This document shows, piece after piece, positions 1 to 9,043 of a DNA stretch of 64,000 nt (its first letter is position 1; each line of letters opens with the position of its first letter). Source of the DNA: an uncultured Candidatus Saccharibacteria bacterium (GTDB lineage Bacteria > Patescibacteriota > Dojkabacteria > SC72); assembly GCA_964610125.1 (NCBI GenBank), contig CAZSUV010000002.1, positions 46,468-110,467 on the forward strand. The letters are read 5' to 3'. The notes beneath the pieces are model-generated. The model had not been told where the DNA came from. It did no database searches and was given only the letters and a program-made list of their open reading frames with translations. Position numbers and translations under genes: made by a program.

Positions 1-831
1 GTTGTTGGATTCATTGGTCCTAATGGCGCGGGTAAGACTACTTCTTTGAAATGTCTTTCGGGTTTGTTAGTTCCTACTAGTGGTGAGGTTGAAGTATTGG
101 GGTTTAAGCCTGAGAAGAGGAAGAAGGAATTTTTACAGAAGATCGCACTTGTAATGGGTCAGAAGAGTCAGTTGTGGTGGGAGTTAGCACCTATTGAGAC
201 TTTCAAGCTTAACAAGGAGATATATGGTATTTCGGACAAGGAATACAATGAGGTAGTAAATGAAATGGTTGAGATTTTGGATATTGCTGAGGTGATATTA
301 AAACCTACTAGAAACCTTTCCCTTGGTGAGCGTATGAGGTGTGAGATTGTTGCGGCGTTATTGCATACTCCTGAGTTAGTATTTTTAGATGAACCAACTA
401 TTGGCTTGGATGTGGTTTCTCAACATAACCTGAGGGAGTTTGTTAAGGTGTATAACCAGAGGTACAAGGCTACGGTATTACTTACGAGTCATAACATGGA
501 GGATGTTTCTAATCTTTGTAAAAGGGTGATAGTTATAGATCATGGTGTGGTTTTGTATGATGGTAAGATTTCGGAATTGATTAATGGTTTTGTTAAGGAA
601 AAACATATTCATTTTGTTCTTAAGGAGAATATTAGTCCTGATGATTTTAAAGGGTTAGGTAAGTTAACGGAGTGTAGTGGTAATGAGGGTACTTTAGAGG
701 TGAGTAGGGAGAGGGTTAGTGATGTGTCTAAGGAGTTATTAAATTTGTTTGAGGTTGTGGATTTGGATATTAGTGAACCTAATTTAGAATCTGTTATTAA
801 GGGTATTTTTGAGGGTGGGTACAAGATTTAA
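1..831 (+). CDS. ABC transporter ATP-binding protein (5'-truncated by window edge)
   Basis: Frame open from base 1: VVGFIGPNGAGKT (Walker A), LSLGERMR signature, VFLDEPT (Walker B), H-loop TSH. Confidence 0.93.
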   Translation, partial: VVGFIGPNGAGKTTSLKCLSGLLVPTSGEVEVLGFKPEKRKKEFLQKIALVMGQKSQLWWELAPIETFKLNKEIYGISDKEYNEVVNEMVEILDIAEVILKPTRNLSLGERMRCEIVAALLHTPELVFLDEPTIGLDVVSQHNLREFVKVYNQRYKATVLLTSHNMEDVSNLCKRVIVIDHGVVLYDGKISELINGFVKEKHIHFVLKENISPDDFKGLGKLTECSGNEGTLEVSRERVSDVSKELLNLFEVVDLDISEPNLESVIKGIFEGGYKI

Positions 832-848
832 TATTTATTTCTAATAAT

Positions 849-1211
849 ATGAAATACAAAAAATTATCCGAAGCAAGGACTATTGAGAAAGAAGATTATT
901 CTAAATCTGTGATTTTTGAGAATGAGGAACTTCCTGGGGAGGGGCATTTGCTACAAATGGTCACAATTCCACCTAAGACTAAGCAAAGGAAGCATTATCA
1001 TAATAAACAGACAGAGGTTTTCTATATCTTAGAAGGTAAATGTTCTATTTTTGTTAATGATGTTGAATATATTGCTTCTTCGGGAGATTCTTTTGTTTGT
1101 GAGCCTTTAGATACTCATTACCTATGGAATAGGGAAGATCAAGAATTTAAACTTTTGGTATTCAAGATTAACAAGGACGTGGGAGATGATGATACTGTGT
1201 GGAAAGATTAA
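849..1211 (+). CDS. Cupin domain protein
   Basis: HYHNKQTEVFYILEG ... P..THYL cupin metal motifs. Confidence 0.85.
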   Translation: MKYKKLSEARTIEKEDYSKSVIFENEELPGEGHLLQMVTIPPKTKQRKHYHNKQTEVFYILEGKCSIFVNDVEYIASSGDSFVCEPLDTHYLWNREDQEFKLLVFKINKDVGDDDTVWKD

Positions 1212-1269
1212 CAGGCTACAGAATGCCTAATTACTGTATATTTGGTATAATCCCTATGTTCATATATAT

Positions 1270-1356
1270 GGAGAGGTGTCAGAGTGGTCGAATGAGACGG
1301 TCTTGAAAACCGTTATATGGGTAACCATATCGGGGGTTCGAATCCCTTCCTCTCCG
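1270..1356 (+). tRNA. tRNA-Ser(TGA), CCA not encoded
   Basis: Acceptor GGAGAGG/CCTCTCC, anticodon arm ACGGT-CTTGAAA-ACCGT, long variable arm, GGTTCGAATCC T-arm, discriminator G. Confidence 0.96.
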
Positions 1357-1383
1357 TATTATATATGCCAACTGATTACAATT

Positions 1384-2088
1384 ATGTCTAAGGCCAAGAT
1401 TGCAACATCCAAGAGTCGGGTACAATTTTTATTAGAAGAACTTGAAGAATCACAAAAGATTCACAATGATGTAGCTCTCGAGATGTTGCGAGCAGAGGGG
1501 AAAAAACTCTATATAGAGGATTTCTATTGTTTAGCAATGATGCAAAGGTCAAGGTCTGTAATTCGGGGTTTTTGTAATGAACTTCGTGATAACAATTTCT
1601 TTTGTGCAGCCCCACTAGTTAGATTGCATTTGGATACGTTGTTAAATACATTCGCATTATTCCTTGTAAAGGATTCCGCGGATTTTGCATTAAAAAAATT
1701 TGAAGGAAAACAGACAAGCAATTTAAAAGATAGGAATGGGGTTCGCATGCAAGATAGTCATCTTGCGCGCGAGCTTTCAAATTCTAAAGATCTTGATGCT
1801 GCTTGGGCTTTGCATCTTTATGAGGAAACATCAAAATTTGTTCACATAAGTGATAAACATCTGTTAGGTATTTTTGAGAAAGTGAAGAAAAATGGTGATA
1901 CTGATATAAAGGTTAGTGAAACAATAGATTTACCCGACAATGCAAAGATTGAAACATTAGAGGCTATGAAAAGTATTACATTCTGTTTATTTCGTTTGTG
2001 GAATGGTTGGATTTATACTAAAAGCAATCCTCAATTACTTTATTCAGTACAAACTTCCAACAAGGCAGAAGAGGTTACTAATAAGTGA
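1384..2088 (+). CDS. Hypothetical protein, DUF5677/HEPN-like helical fold
   Basis: Start moved to ATG 1384 because the ORF-track start lies inside the tRNA; AAPLVRLHLD and LYEETSKFVH resemble DUF5677-type motifs (by eye). Confidence 0.55.
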   Translation: MSKAKIATSKSRVQFLLEELEESQKIHNDVALEMLRAEGKKLYIEDFYCLAMMQRSRSVIRGFCNELRDNNFFCAAPLVRLHLDTLLNTFALFLVKDSADFALKKFEGKQTSNLKDRNGVRMQDSHLARELSNSKDLDAAWALHLYEETSKFVHISDKHLLGIFEKVKKNGDTDIKVSETIDLPDNAKIETLEAMKSITFCLFRLWNGWIYTKSNPQLLYSVQTSNKAEEVTNK

Positions 2089-2124
2089 AGATGAGGAACA
2101 GTACTAAATTTTAATTTACTAACA

Positions 2125-2901
2125 ATGGAAAATAATTCAGATTACAAGTCAGATAATCTTGACGATATAATAAGAAGCGAACATCAGATGGTTATTGATG
2201 GGGAGAAACTATATGGTGAATTTTTTAAAAATGCTTTGGATTTCAATGATCTTTTGCAAAGCTGCTTAGTAAGTTGTCCGGGAGATCATTTTATATTTTG
2301 TGCATTTTTAGGTCAAATACAAAAGCACTCACTTCTTGCAATTTTCTCTATACTTCGTAGGCAGGATACACAAGCTATGATGAATTTGCGACAGGTATTA
2401 GAATCAAGTACTTTAGCTGCATATTCAATAGGAGAGGGTAAGTACGAAGATTTCTTTACTGAAGGTAACGAGGATCTTTTTGAGCTTTCAAATAAATACA
2501 AGGAGAAAGCATATCCATGGTTGGACAAAAATTACAAAATAGGTTCTGATGCAATTAAGGGAATGAAGGATTTAATAAATCATTCAACGGCACATTCAAA
2601 TCTTGTTACAGCATATAAAAGTTTTAAGTTAAATAAAACAGCTAAAATTGCTGAAATCCCATTTTTTGATTTTCAAGACGAATATCGGACTAAGACAGCT
2701 CTTTGGCAAGCGGGTAATATTATAATGGGAGTCTTAGATTTATTTTATGGTATTAATGAACAATATAAAGTACTTAAATTTACGTCTGACTTTGTAACAA
2801 GACTAAAGAGCCTTGAGAGTGTAAATAACAAATTAAAAGCAGAGTTAATGCAAACAGATAGATATAAAAATTCCATAAAAGAGGAACGAAGTTCTCAGTA
2901 G
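2125..2901 (+). CDS. Hypothetical protein, DUF5677/HEPN-like helical fold
   Basis: AMMNLRQVLES and INHSTAHSN resemble the R..LE and late-His motifs of the upstream gene. Confidence 0.5.
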   Translation: MENNSDYKSDNLDDIIRSEHQMVIDGEKLYGEFFKNALDFNDLLQSCLVSCPGDHFIFCAFLGQIQKHSLLAIFSILRRQDTQAMMNLRQVLESSTLAAYSIGEGKYEDFFTEGNEDLFELSNKYKEKAYPWLDKNYKIGSDAIKGMKDLINHSTAHSNLVTAYKSFKLNKTAKIAEIPFFDFQDEYRTKTALWQAGNIIMGVLDLFYGINEQYKVLKFTSDFVTRLKSLESVNNKLKAELMQTDRYKNSIKEERSSQ

Positions 2902-2935
2902 TTTTGAAATTTAATATTTATAAACATTAAATTCT

Positions 2936-3370
2936 ATGCAAATCACAATCAGTGAAGCTACAATCTCAGATTTCTCAGAACTAATTAGTCTGTACAGACA
3001 ACTTTGGGAAAAGTGGGAATGTTTTGATGAAGAAAAGATAAAAACAATCTACGAAACAGATATAAATACCTCAAGAAGAACATATTTAATAGCAAAAAAT
3101 GAAAAGAATATTGTTGGAATATGTACTTTAGTAGTTAAAGATAACCTACACTATTTAAAGGTTGCCATAGTAGATGAATTAATAGTGGATGTAAATTATC
3201 GTAATCAAGGTATAGGTAAAATGTTATTAGATAAAGCAGTAGATATTGCAAGAGAGAAACAATGTTTCAAAATAGAATTACACTCTGGTATTAAGAGGGT
3301 AGATGCTCACAGATTCTATGAATCTAACGGATTTGAGGTAAGCTCGTATTATTTTACAAAGAAGTGTTAG
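2936..3370 (+). CDS. GNAT family N-acetyltransferase
   Basis: LIVDVNYRNQGIGKMLL acetyl-CoA motif A; AHRFYESNGF. Confidence 0.92.
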   Translation: MQITISEATISDFSELISLYRQLWEKWECFDEEKIKTIYETDINTSRRTYLIAKNEKNIVGICTLVVKDNLHYLKVAIVDELIVDVNYRNQGIGKMLLDKAVDIAREKQCFKIELHSGIKRVDAHRFYESNGFEVSSYYFTKKC

Positions 3371-3420
3371 TTTACAAGGAAGGTAGGTGTATAATTTAGA
3401 ATAATTCACTTATATTTATT

Positions 3421-4161
3421 ATGAAAATCCTACAAACAAATATCTGGCAAGGAAGATTGGTAAAAAACTTCATAGATTTAGTAAAAGAAACAAACCCCGA
3501 TATAATTACTCTCCAAGAGGTATGTAGTTGTAAAGAAACTGAATTTCAGACATTAAATCTTAGCTCATATGAAGATATTAAAGCAGAATTCCCTAATTAC
3601 AATGAAGTACTCGCACCAACATATTCTTTTAAAACTATGGATGCAGATATTATGTTTGAAAATGTCATACTCTCAAAATATCCAGTTGTAGATAATAAGG
3701 TTGTATTTACCAATGGAGAGTTCAAAAAAGATTTTAATACCAAATATGATGATTACAATATTAGAAACTTTGTACATGCAATAATAGATATAAATGGTTC
3801 TAAGTTAAACGTTATAACCCACCATGGACACCATGTAGAAGGTACTAAAGAGGGGAATGAAGAAACTCTAAGACAGATGGTAATGCTTAGAGACTATATT
3901 AAACAATTAAGTGGACCAGTAATATTAACAGGTGATTTCAATCTCTCTCCTAAGTGTGAATCTTTAGAAATATTGAATGCTGAATTAAAGAATCTTTGTA
4001 TATTGAATAATGTACAAACAACAAGGAATGAGTTTTCTAGAAAAGCTATACAGGTTTGTGACTATATCTTTATTAATGATTTGGTTAAAGTAAATAACTT
4101 TGAAGTAGAGAAAATGCTTGTATCTGATCATCAGGCATTATTGCTTGATTTTGGTATATAG
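3421..4161 (+). CDS. Endonuclease/exonuclease/phosphatase family protein
   Basis: QTNI, DIITLQE, GDFN, DYIF, SDH motifs. Confidence 0.92.
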   Translation: MKILQTNIWQGRLVKNFIDLVKETNPDIITLQEVCSCKETEFQTLNLSSYEDIKAEFPNYNEVLAPTYSFKTMDADIMFENVILSKYPVVDNKVVFTNGEFKKDFNTKYDDYNIRNFVHAIIDINGSKLNVITHHGHHVEGTKEGNEETLRQMVMLRDYIKQLSGPVILTGDFNLSPKCESLEILNAELKNLCILNNVQTTRNEFSRKAIQVCDYIFINDLVKVNNFEVEKMLVSDHQALLLDFGI

Positions 4162-4288
4162 CTATAGTTGCACATAAAGCACCACAATTAGCATTAGATG
4201 TATTACTAAAGAATATGACATGGGAAGAAGCATTTAAAAACGATTGGAGAAAGATAGGGAAGTGGCAAGCAGGGTGGGTATATACCTT

Positions 4289-4370
4289 TTGATAATCTCA
4301 TAGTATTAGATGTATAATCATGTACTAATCCTGTATATGGATTAAATTCTTGCAAACAAAAAAAAGGAGG
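4289..4370 (+). promoter_or_regulatory. Cassette A leader: promoter, small hairpin, SD
   Basis: TTGATA 4289-4294, TATAAT 4313-4318 (18-nt spacer), TAATCC/GGATTA hairpin, AAGGAGG 4364-4370. Confidence 0.55.
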
Positions 4371-4378
4371 TCTTTAAA

Positions 4379-4687
4379 ATGTTTGAAGTGATGCTGGTAA
4401 GTGCAACAAAACCACTGGCTTACATATTGGAAGCCGTGGCCATTGTCATTGTTGGGATATTTTTTTGGTCCAACAATACCCGCTTGGCATACCGAATTGG
4501 TGCTATCATCACATTGGTGTGCATTGGAGTAACTGCTATCTCGGCAATCTGGGTAGTACACATAAATTGGTTAGCCTGGACTGCAGTAAGTTGCTTCGTA
4601 GTTTTCACTATTCTCACCTTTTTAGGATGGCAAGGTGGAGGCACCGTACAACCACTCATTTTAACATATCCTGAAGATTTGGACTGA
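4379..4687 (+). CDS. Small membrane ORFan (about 3 TM), cassette A
   Basis: Strong SD, three hydrophobic segments, followed by a terminator. Confidence 0.75.
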   Translation: MFEVMLVSATKPLAYILEAVAIVIVGIFFWSNNTRLAYRIGAIITLVCIGVTAISAIWVVHINWLAWTAVSCFVVFTILTFLGWQGGGTVQPLILTYPEDLD

Positions 4688-4698
4688 AATTGCAAGAT

Positions 4699-4740
4699 GA
4701 GCCAGGGGCTATGTTTTATTCTAGCCCCTGGCTTTATTTT
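4699..4740 (+). terminator. Intrinsic terminator
   Basis: AGCCAGGGGCTA/TAGCCCCTGGCT stem followed by a T-rich tract. Confidence 0.85.
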
Positions 4741-4751
4741 GTAGTCCTTGG

Positions 4752-5360
4752 TTATTTAAACTGTATAGAATTGATAATTGAATCTATATCCTTCTGATAT
4801 TGATTCTTAACCTCTGTACTTATATCCTCAGAAAGTATTGCAGGACCAATCTCAATCATGTAGTTTCCCTTTATGAATAGATAGTTAACAGAATATGCAT
4901 TCTCTTCTCTAATTCCATTCACTCCATCTATTTTTATATCTTTATAATCAGGAGCATTTCTATCTAGTGAATGCCAGAATTTATATTCTTTTATAGTCAT
5001 AAATCGATATTTGGGAGAGGCACCTAGAATTATGGATGCACCACTTCGTATATTTGAATCTCCTGAAAATGGACCTGCGTAATCTGCAGATTTAAGAAGT
5101 ACGTTCCCATTCTCCTCGAGATGTAGTGCATTTGTATCTTCAGACCAACCAGAGGGTAGGGTATATGTGATTAATTCCTTAACTGGTTTATCTGCGACAT
5201 TAGTTATTCTTAAACCAAAAAAGGCTTCAGAAACTAATCCATTTTCTACTTGTTTTACATAGAGGAATGTACAACCAAGTATTAGTACGAGAATTATAGC
5301 TGCTATTATGTAGATTGTAGTAAGAGGGGAACGCTTCTTACTATTACTTTTCTTAGGCAT
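4752..5360 (-). CDS. Membrane-anchored hypothetical protein (PsbP-like extracellular domain possible)
   Basis: Basic N-terminus plus TM; YTLPSGW and IDSIINSIQFK typical of PsbP-like CPR proteins. Confidence 0.6.
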   Translation of the reverse strand: MPKKSNSKKRSPLTTIYIIAAIILVLILGCTFLYVKQVENGLVSEAFFGLRITNVADKPVKELITYTLPSGWSEDTNALHLEENGNVLLKSADYAGPFSGDSNIRSGASIILGASPKYRFMTIKEYKFWHSLDRNAPDYKDIKIDGVNGIREENAYSVNYLFIKGNYMIEIGPAILSEDISTEVKNQYQKDIDSIINSIQFK

Positions 5361-5385
5361 AGTTAAATATTAATAAATTTAATTA

Positions 5386-6354
5386 TTATACTAACTCATA
5401 TTCCATCCTAAAGTTACTATATTTCTCTGCATATTCCAACTGTAGTTTAGGATCTTTACGATTCACAATTTTAAATACATCCTTCCCTTCATTTTGATTA
5501 ATCAAATCGATACTAGCAGTATCTACAGCTACTGGATCTTGAGAGAATAGAGTACCTTCGTAATGAGCCACAATCTCACCAGAATCAGATTCACAATCAC
5601 AACACTTAGTAATATTCTTTATGATATTTACATAGAATGTACTCTCAGGCATAACCTTAATAGCTGCACATGCACCCATAGCTAAAGCATCATCAAAGAT
5701 TCTAAGAGTAGGGGTAAGAGCTTCTTGAGGGCAATTAATCTCACATATGGAGCAACCCCAGCATCTATTCCAATCTGGATGTGCTTTTTCATCTATGATG
5801 TCTATAGCCTTAGCAGGACATAGATTTGCACATACTCCACACCCTATACATTTTTCTGGGTCTATTTCTGGTTTAGATGCATTATGTATCATCTTTTTTG
5901 TTTTTGGAGAGAGTGCTCCCATGCCTAGATTTTTAATTGCTCCACCAAATCCTGCACATTCATGTCCTTTTATGTGGGAGATTACTAAAACATTCTTAGC
6001 TTCTGAAAGATCTTTAGCTACTTCAAATGTCATATTATCTATATCCACATTTACATATTCATCTACCACTTTATATGCGCCTACGGTATCATATCCTCTT
6101 TCCTTTATGGCTTTTTCATATCCTTCTTTGGTATTTCTAGGGGAGTTGTATGCTACTGGTGTATCTATCATTAATACTTCATGTCCTAATTCCTTTAATG
6201 CTTCTACATATGGTTTTATATCTTCTGGTTTGAATGCTGTTTCATTTCCTGGTTCTCCGAAGTGCATTTTTATGATTACTGGTTCATTAGGTATGAACTT
6301 GTCTTTAAGTAACTCGACCAAATTCTCATTGGGTTTAAAGAGTTTTACGTTCAT
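5386..6354 (-). CDS. DUF362 domain protein with 2x[4Fe-4S] ferredoxin insert
   Basis: IKMHFGEPGN, SHIKGH, FGGAIKNLGMG, CIGCGVCANLCP and CWGCSICEINCP, SQDPVAVD. Confidence 0.9.
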   Translation of the reverse strand: MNVKLFKPNENLVELLKDKFIPNEPVIIKMHFGEPGNETAFKPEDIKPYVEALKELGHEVLMIDTPVAYNSPRNTKEGYEKAIKERGYDTVGAYKVVDEYVNVDIDNMTFEVAKDLSEAKNVLVISHIKGHECAGFGGAIKNLGMGALSPKTKKMIHNASKPEIDPEKCIGCGVCANLCPAKAIDIIDEKAHPDWNRCWGCSICEINCPQEALTPTLRIFDDALAMGACAAIKVMPESTFYVNIIKNITKCCDCESDSGEIVAHYEGTLFSQDPVAVDTASIDLINQNEGKDVFKIVNRKDPKLQLEYAEKYSNFRMEYELV

Positions 6355-6439
6355 ATGTATAAAGTAAAATTTAGATATGGATATTATACACCTCTGAATA
6401 TTGCCTTTTCTATACTGTTTTCTGTATCATAGATTTGTA

Positions 6440-6859
6440 ATGGATATCTTAACAAAAATATTAGTAACAATAGGGAGTAGTGCATCCATTGTTTTTGGTA
6501 TATGGCATTTCTTTGTACCAACCCTTTGGAAATGGTATTCATATATAGATACCCATGCTACAGAATTAATAGTAGCTGTAAGAGCTATAAATGTATTCTT
6601 CTCACTCTCTCTAGTATTGTTTGGAGTAATGAATATGCTTCTCATATACAGTGGTAAAACAAATAAATATTCCATTATGGTATTACTAGGTGCTACATGT
6701 ATTCTTTGGTTAACTAGATTGATATTCCAGATAATATATCCTCAAGGATCTATGAATCCTGTATTACAGTATGGGATGCTAGCTGCATTCATTGCCATTA
6801 CATTGTGCTATGTTGTTGCATTGTTTTTAGTAATCACACAGAAAACAACAGTTCAATAA
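6440..6859 (+). CDS. Membrane protein (4 TM)
   Basis: ATG 6440; four hydrophobic helices; GIWHFFVP..WKW motif. Confidence 0.75.
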   Translation: MDILTKILVTIGSSASIVFGIWHFFVPTLWKWYSYIDTHATELIVAVRAINVFFSLSLVLFGVMNMLLIYSGKTNKYSIMVLLGATCILWLTRLIFQIIYPQGSMNPVLQYGMLAAFIAITLCYVVALFLVITQKTTVQ

Positions 6860-6869
6860 CCCTATAATA

Positions 6870-7057
6870 TAGATTTTCTACATACATTGAGATATAATCC
6901 TTGTCTATACAGGATATATAAATGTATGTATGTACATATTTTCAATCTTGTGAGTTCTTTTAAAATCACTTAGTTAAGTGAGTACAATTTTAAGTATTTT
7001 CGAACTCAAAACTGTACTCATTTATTCAAAACCATATACAAGAATCAAAAGAGGAGG
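6870..7057 (+). promoter_or_regulatory. Cassette B leader: promoter, boxA-like motif, long hairpin, SD
   Basis: TATAAT 6893-6898; GTTCTTTTAAAAT 6954-6966; GAGTACAATTTTAAGT/ACTCAAAACTGTACTC hairpin; GAGGAGG 7051-7057. Confidence 0.6.
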
Positions 7058-7062
7058 AAATT

Positions 7063-7461
7063 ATGTCAGAAACGACTACAAGAATAATGGGCCGAGACTT
7101 TTGGACTCCAGAGCAAATGGACAAAGATCTAAGTAACACGGGTCTGTTAGAAGATTTCTTCTATATAATTCACAAATATCCAGAAAGTTGGACCGATTTT
7201 ACTGGGATTTGTGGAGGGGGAAATCTGATGAAGATAACCTGGGTTCCAGATGTACTTCTCATCGTCTGTATGCCTACCCATCATCAAAGAATGATTGACG
7301 CCTTCGCAGCAGTTGTGGAATACAAACCTTTTGCCCATTACACAATTGAATTTAAAGAAGAACTTTGGTCTGTTACAGAATGGTTAAAAGGCGAAGTCCA
7401 GAAAAGAATTGAGGAACTCAAACGGGATCCCAAGGTCCAGGATTTCCAGCTCTTGGATTAA
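7063..7461 (+). CDS. ORFan, cassette B
   Basis: 132-aa ORF with strong SD and terminator; no family recognised. Confidence 0.8.
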   Translation: MSETTTRIMGRDFWTPEQMDKDLSNTGLLEDFFYIIHKYPESWTDFTGICGGGNLMKITWVPDVLLIVCMPTHHQRMIDAFAAVVEYKPFAHYTIEFKEELWSVTEWLKGEVQKRIEELKRDPKVQDFQLLD

Positions 7462-7484
7462 AGAAAATGATTTTAAAAAGAACT

Positions 7485-7523
7485 ACGGCATCCGTAAACA
7501 ATCACGGGTGCCGTTTTTCTTTT
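7485..7523 (+). terminator. Intrinsic terminator
   Basis: ACGGCATCCGT/ACGGGTGCCGT stem plus T-rich tail. Confidence 0.85.
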
Positions 7524-7621
7524 ACCAACATACCCCATATATATATCTTCCTTGTTATTCTAATGATTTTAGAATATACTCACTACTGTCTAGATTAAAA
7601 TTAAAAAGAAAAATATATACA

Positions 7622-8296
7622 ATGAGAGACTTTAATAGATCAGGTGGAAACAGTAGAGGTGGTGGAAGAAGCTTCGGTGGAGGCGGTAGAAGTTTTGGTG
7701 GTGGAGGCAGAAGTTTTGGTGGTGGCGGAAGGGGAGATAGACCAGAAATGTTTGATGCAGTATGTGATCAATGTGGAAAGGACTGTAGAGTCCCATTCAG
7801 ACCATCTGGAGACAAGCCTATCTATTGTAGCGATTGTTTCGAATCAAAGAGAGAAGAAGGTGGAAGAGACGACAGAGGTGGAAGATTTGAGAGTAGAGAT
7901 AGAAGACCAAGCTTTGATAGAGGTGGATTCAGAGACAGAGAAGAGAAGCAAATGTTTACAGCAGTATGTGATCAATGTGGACAGGACTGTGAAGTTCCAT
8001 TCAAACCATCTAGCAACAAACCAATCTATTGTAGTAAATGTTTCGAAGGTAAAGAAGGAAACAAGAGCAATGGTGGAAGTAACAGAGGTGGATGTAACTG
8101 TGATTGCAAAGCTGATATCGAAGCTTTAAACAAGAAATTAGACAAGATCATTAGTATCCTTGAACCGATTAAAGAGGTTAAGGCTACTAAGAAAGCTATC
8201 GAAAAGGAAGTTGCTGAAGTAGTTAAGGAAGTTAAGAAAACAGCAAAGAAAGTAGTAAAGAAAGCTAAGGAAGTTAAGGATGTAATAACTGAATAA
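7622..8296 (+). CDS. CxxC-x17-CxxC (double zinc-finger) protein with Gly/Arg-rich N-terminus
   Basis: Two copies of MF.AVCDQCG.DC.VPF.P...KPIYCS.CF; GGGRSF repeats; likely start ATG 7622. Confidence 0.88.
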   Translation: MRDFNRSGGNSRGGGRSFGGGGRSFGGGGRSFGGGGRGDRPEMFDAVCDQCGKDCRVPFRPSGDKPIYCSDCFESKREEGGRDDRGGRFESRDRRPSFDRGGFRDREEKQMFTAVCDQCGQDCEVPFKPSSNKPIYCSKCFEGKEGNKSNGGSNRGGCNCDCKADIEALNKKLDKIISILEPIKEVKATKKAIEKEVAEVVKEVKKTAKKVVKKAKEVKDVITE

Positions 8297-8320
8297 TCCT
8301 TAATTAGAAGTAAGTATCAT

Positions 8321-8349
8321 AACCGAGCGGAAACGCTCGGTTTTGTTTT
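8321..8349 (+). terminator. Intrinsic terminator
   Basis: AACCGAGCG-GAAA-CGCTCGGTT plus T tract. Confidence 0.9.
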
Positions 8350-8431
8350 ATGTACATACGGGATATTTGTAAATATCCTAAGTAATTAGTATCATTGTGA
8401 ATTCCATAAGAATATACATATATACAAAGCT

Positions 8432-9043
8432 ATGGATCTTGTTGCACTAATAACACAAATAATTTCAACTGCTAAATACCCTGTCATATTCTTGATGTTT
8501 TTCATCGATGGATCTTCTACAAACTTCATAGCTTCTACATTAGCAGGAAGTGGATTACTCAATATCTGGATAATAGCAGGAGCCGCAATAGTCATTGAAT
8601 TAATGGTGGATATGTTCTACTTCCTACTTGGGCATAAAGTATCAGATACTGATATAGTGAAAAGATTAACCAATAGTGAAAAGAGCGATTTCATAAAAAC
8701 AATAGAAGGGGCATATAAAAAACATCCAGGAATTACCCTAATGCTTGTAAAATTTGCAGGCCCACTAGCAATTCCAGGAATATTGTATATGGGTAAAATG
8801 AAGGCAATGAGTATTCCTAAGTTTTTAGGATATGCTGTAATTGTGGCTGGTATTAGAGCTGTCTCGCTATCATTCATAGGATACATGGTTGGAAAAGGGG
8901 TAGGCCAATTTACACAGGTATATGACATCTTTAAAGCTATGGGAATTATCCTCCTCATAGCTGTTATAATATTCATTGTATACAAAACATTCGAAAAGAA
9001 GATACAAACCTTTGTTTTAAATATATTTAAGAAAATAAAGTAG
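8432..9043 (+). CDS. DedA/VTT family membrane protein
   Basis: Hydrophobic pattern; D..YFLLG and GYMVG motifs typical of DedA. Confidence 0.7.
   Translation: MDLVALITQIISTAKYPVIFLMFFIDGSSTNFIASTLAGSGLLNIWIIAGAAIVIELMVDMFYFLLGHKVSDTDIVKRLTNSEKSDFIKTIEGAYKKHPGITLMLVKFAGPLAIPGILYMGKMKAMSIPKFLGYAVIVAGIRAVSLSFIGYMVGKGVGQFTQVYDIFKAMGIILLIAVIIFIVYKTFEKKIQTFVLNIFKKIK

Noticed and set aside
1276-1383. N-terminal extension of ORF 1276..2088
   Set aside because: It overlaps tRNA-Ser; the real start is most likely ATG 1384.
4215-4292. 25-codon ORF MTWEEAFKNDWRKIGKWQAGWVYTF
   Set aside because: Too short to support and no SD; it could be a gene remnant but this cannot be shown.
7409-8129. Upstream extension 7409-7621 and alternative-frame ORF 7644..8129
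   Set aside because: The extension runs through a terminator; the alternative frame is a shadow of the purine-rich repeat gene.
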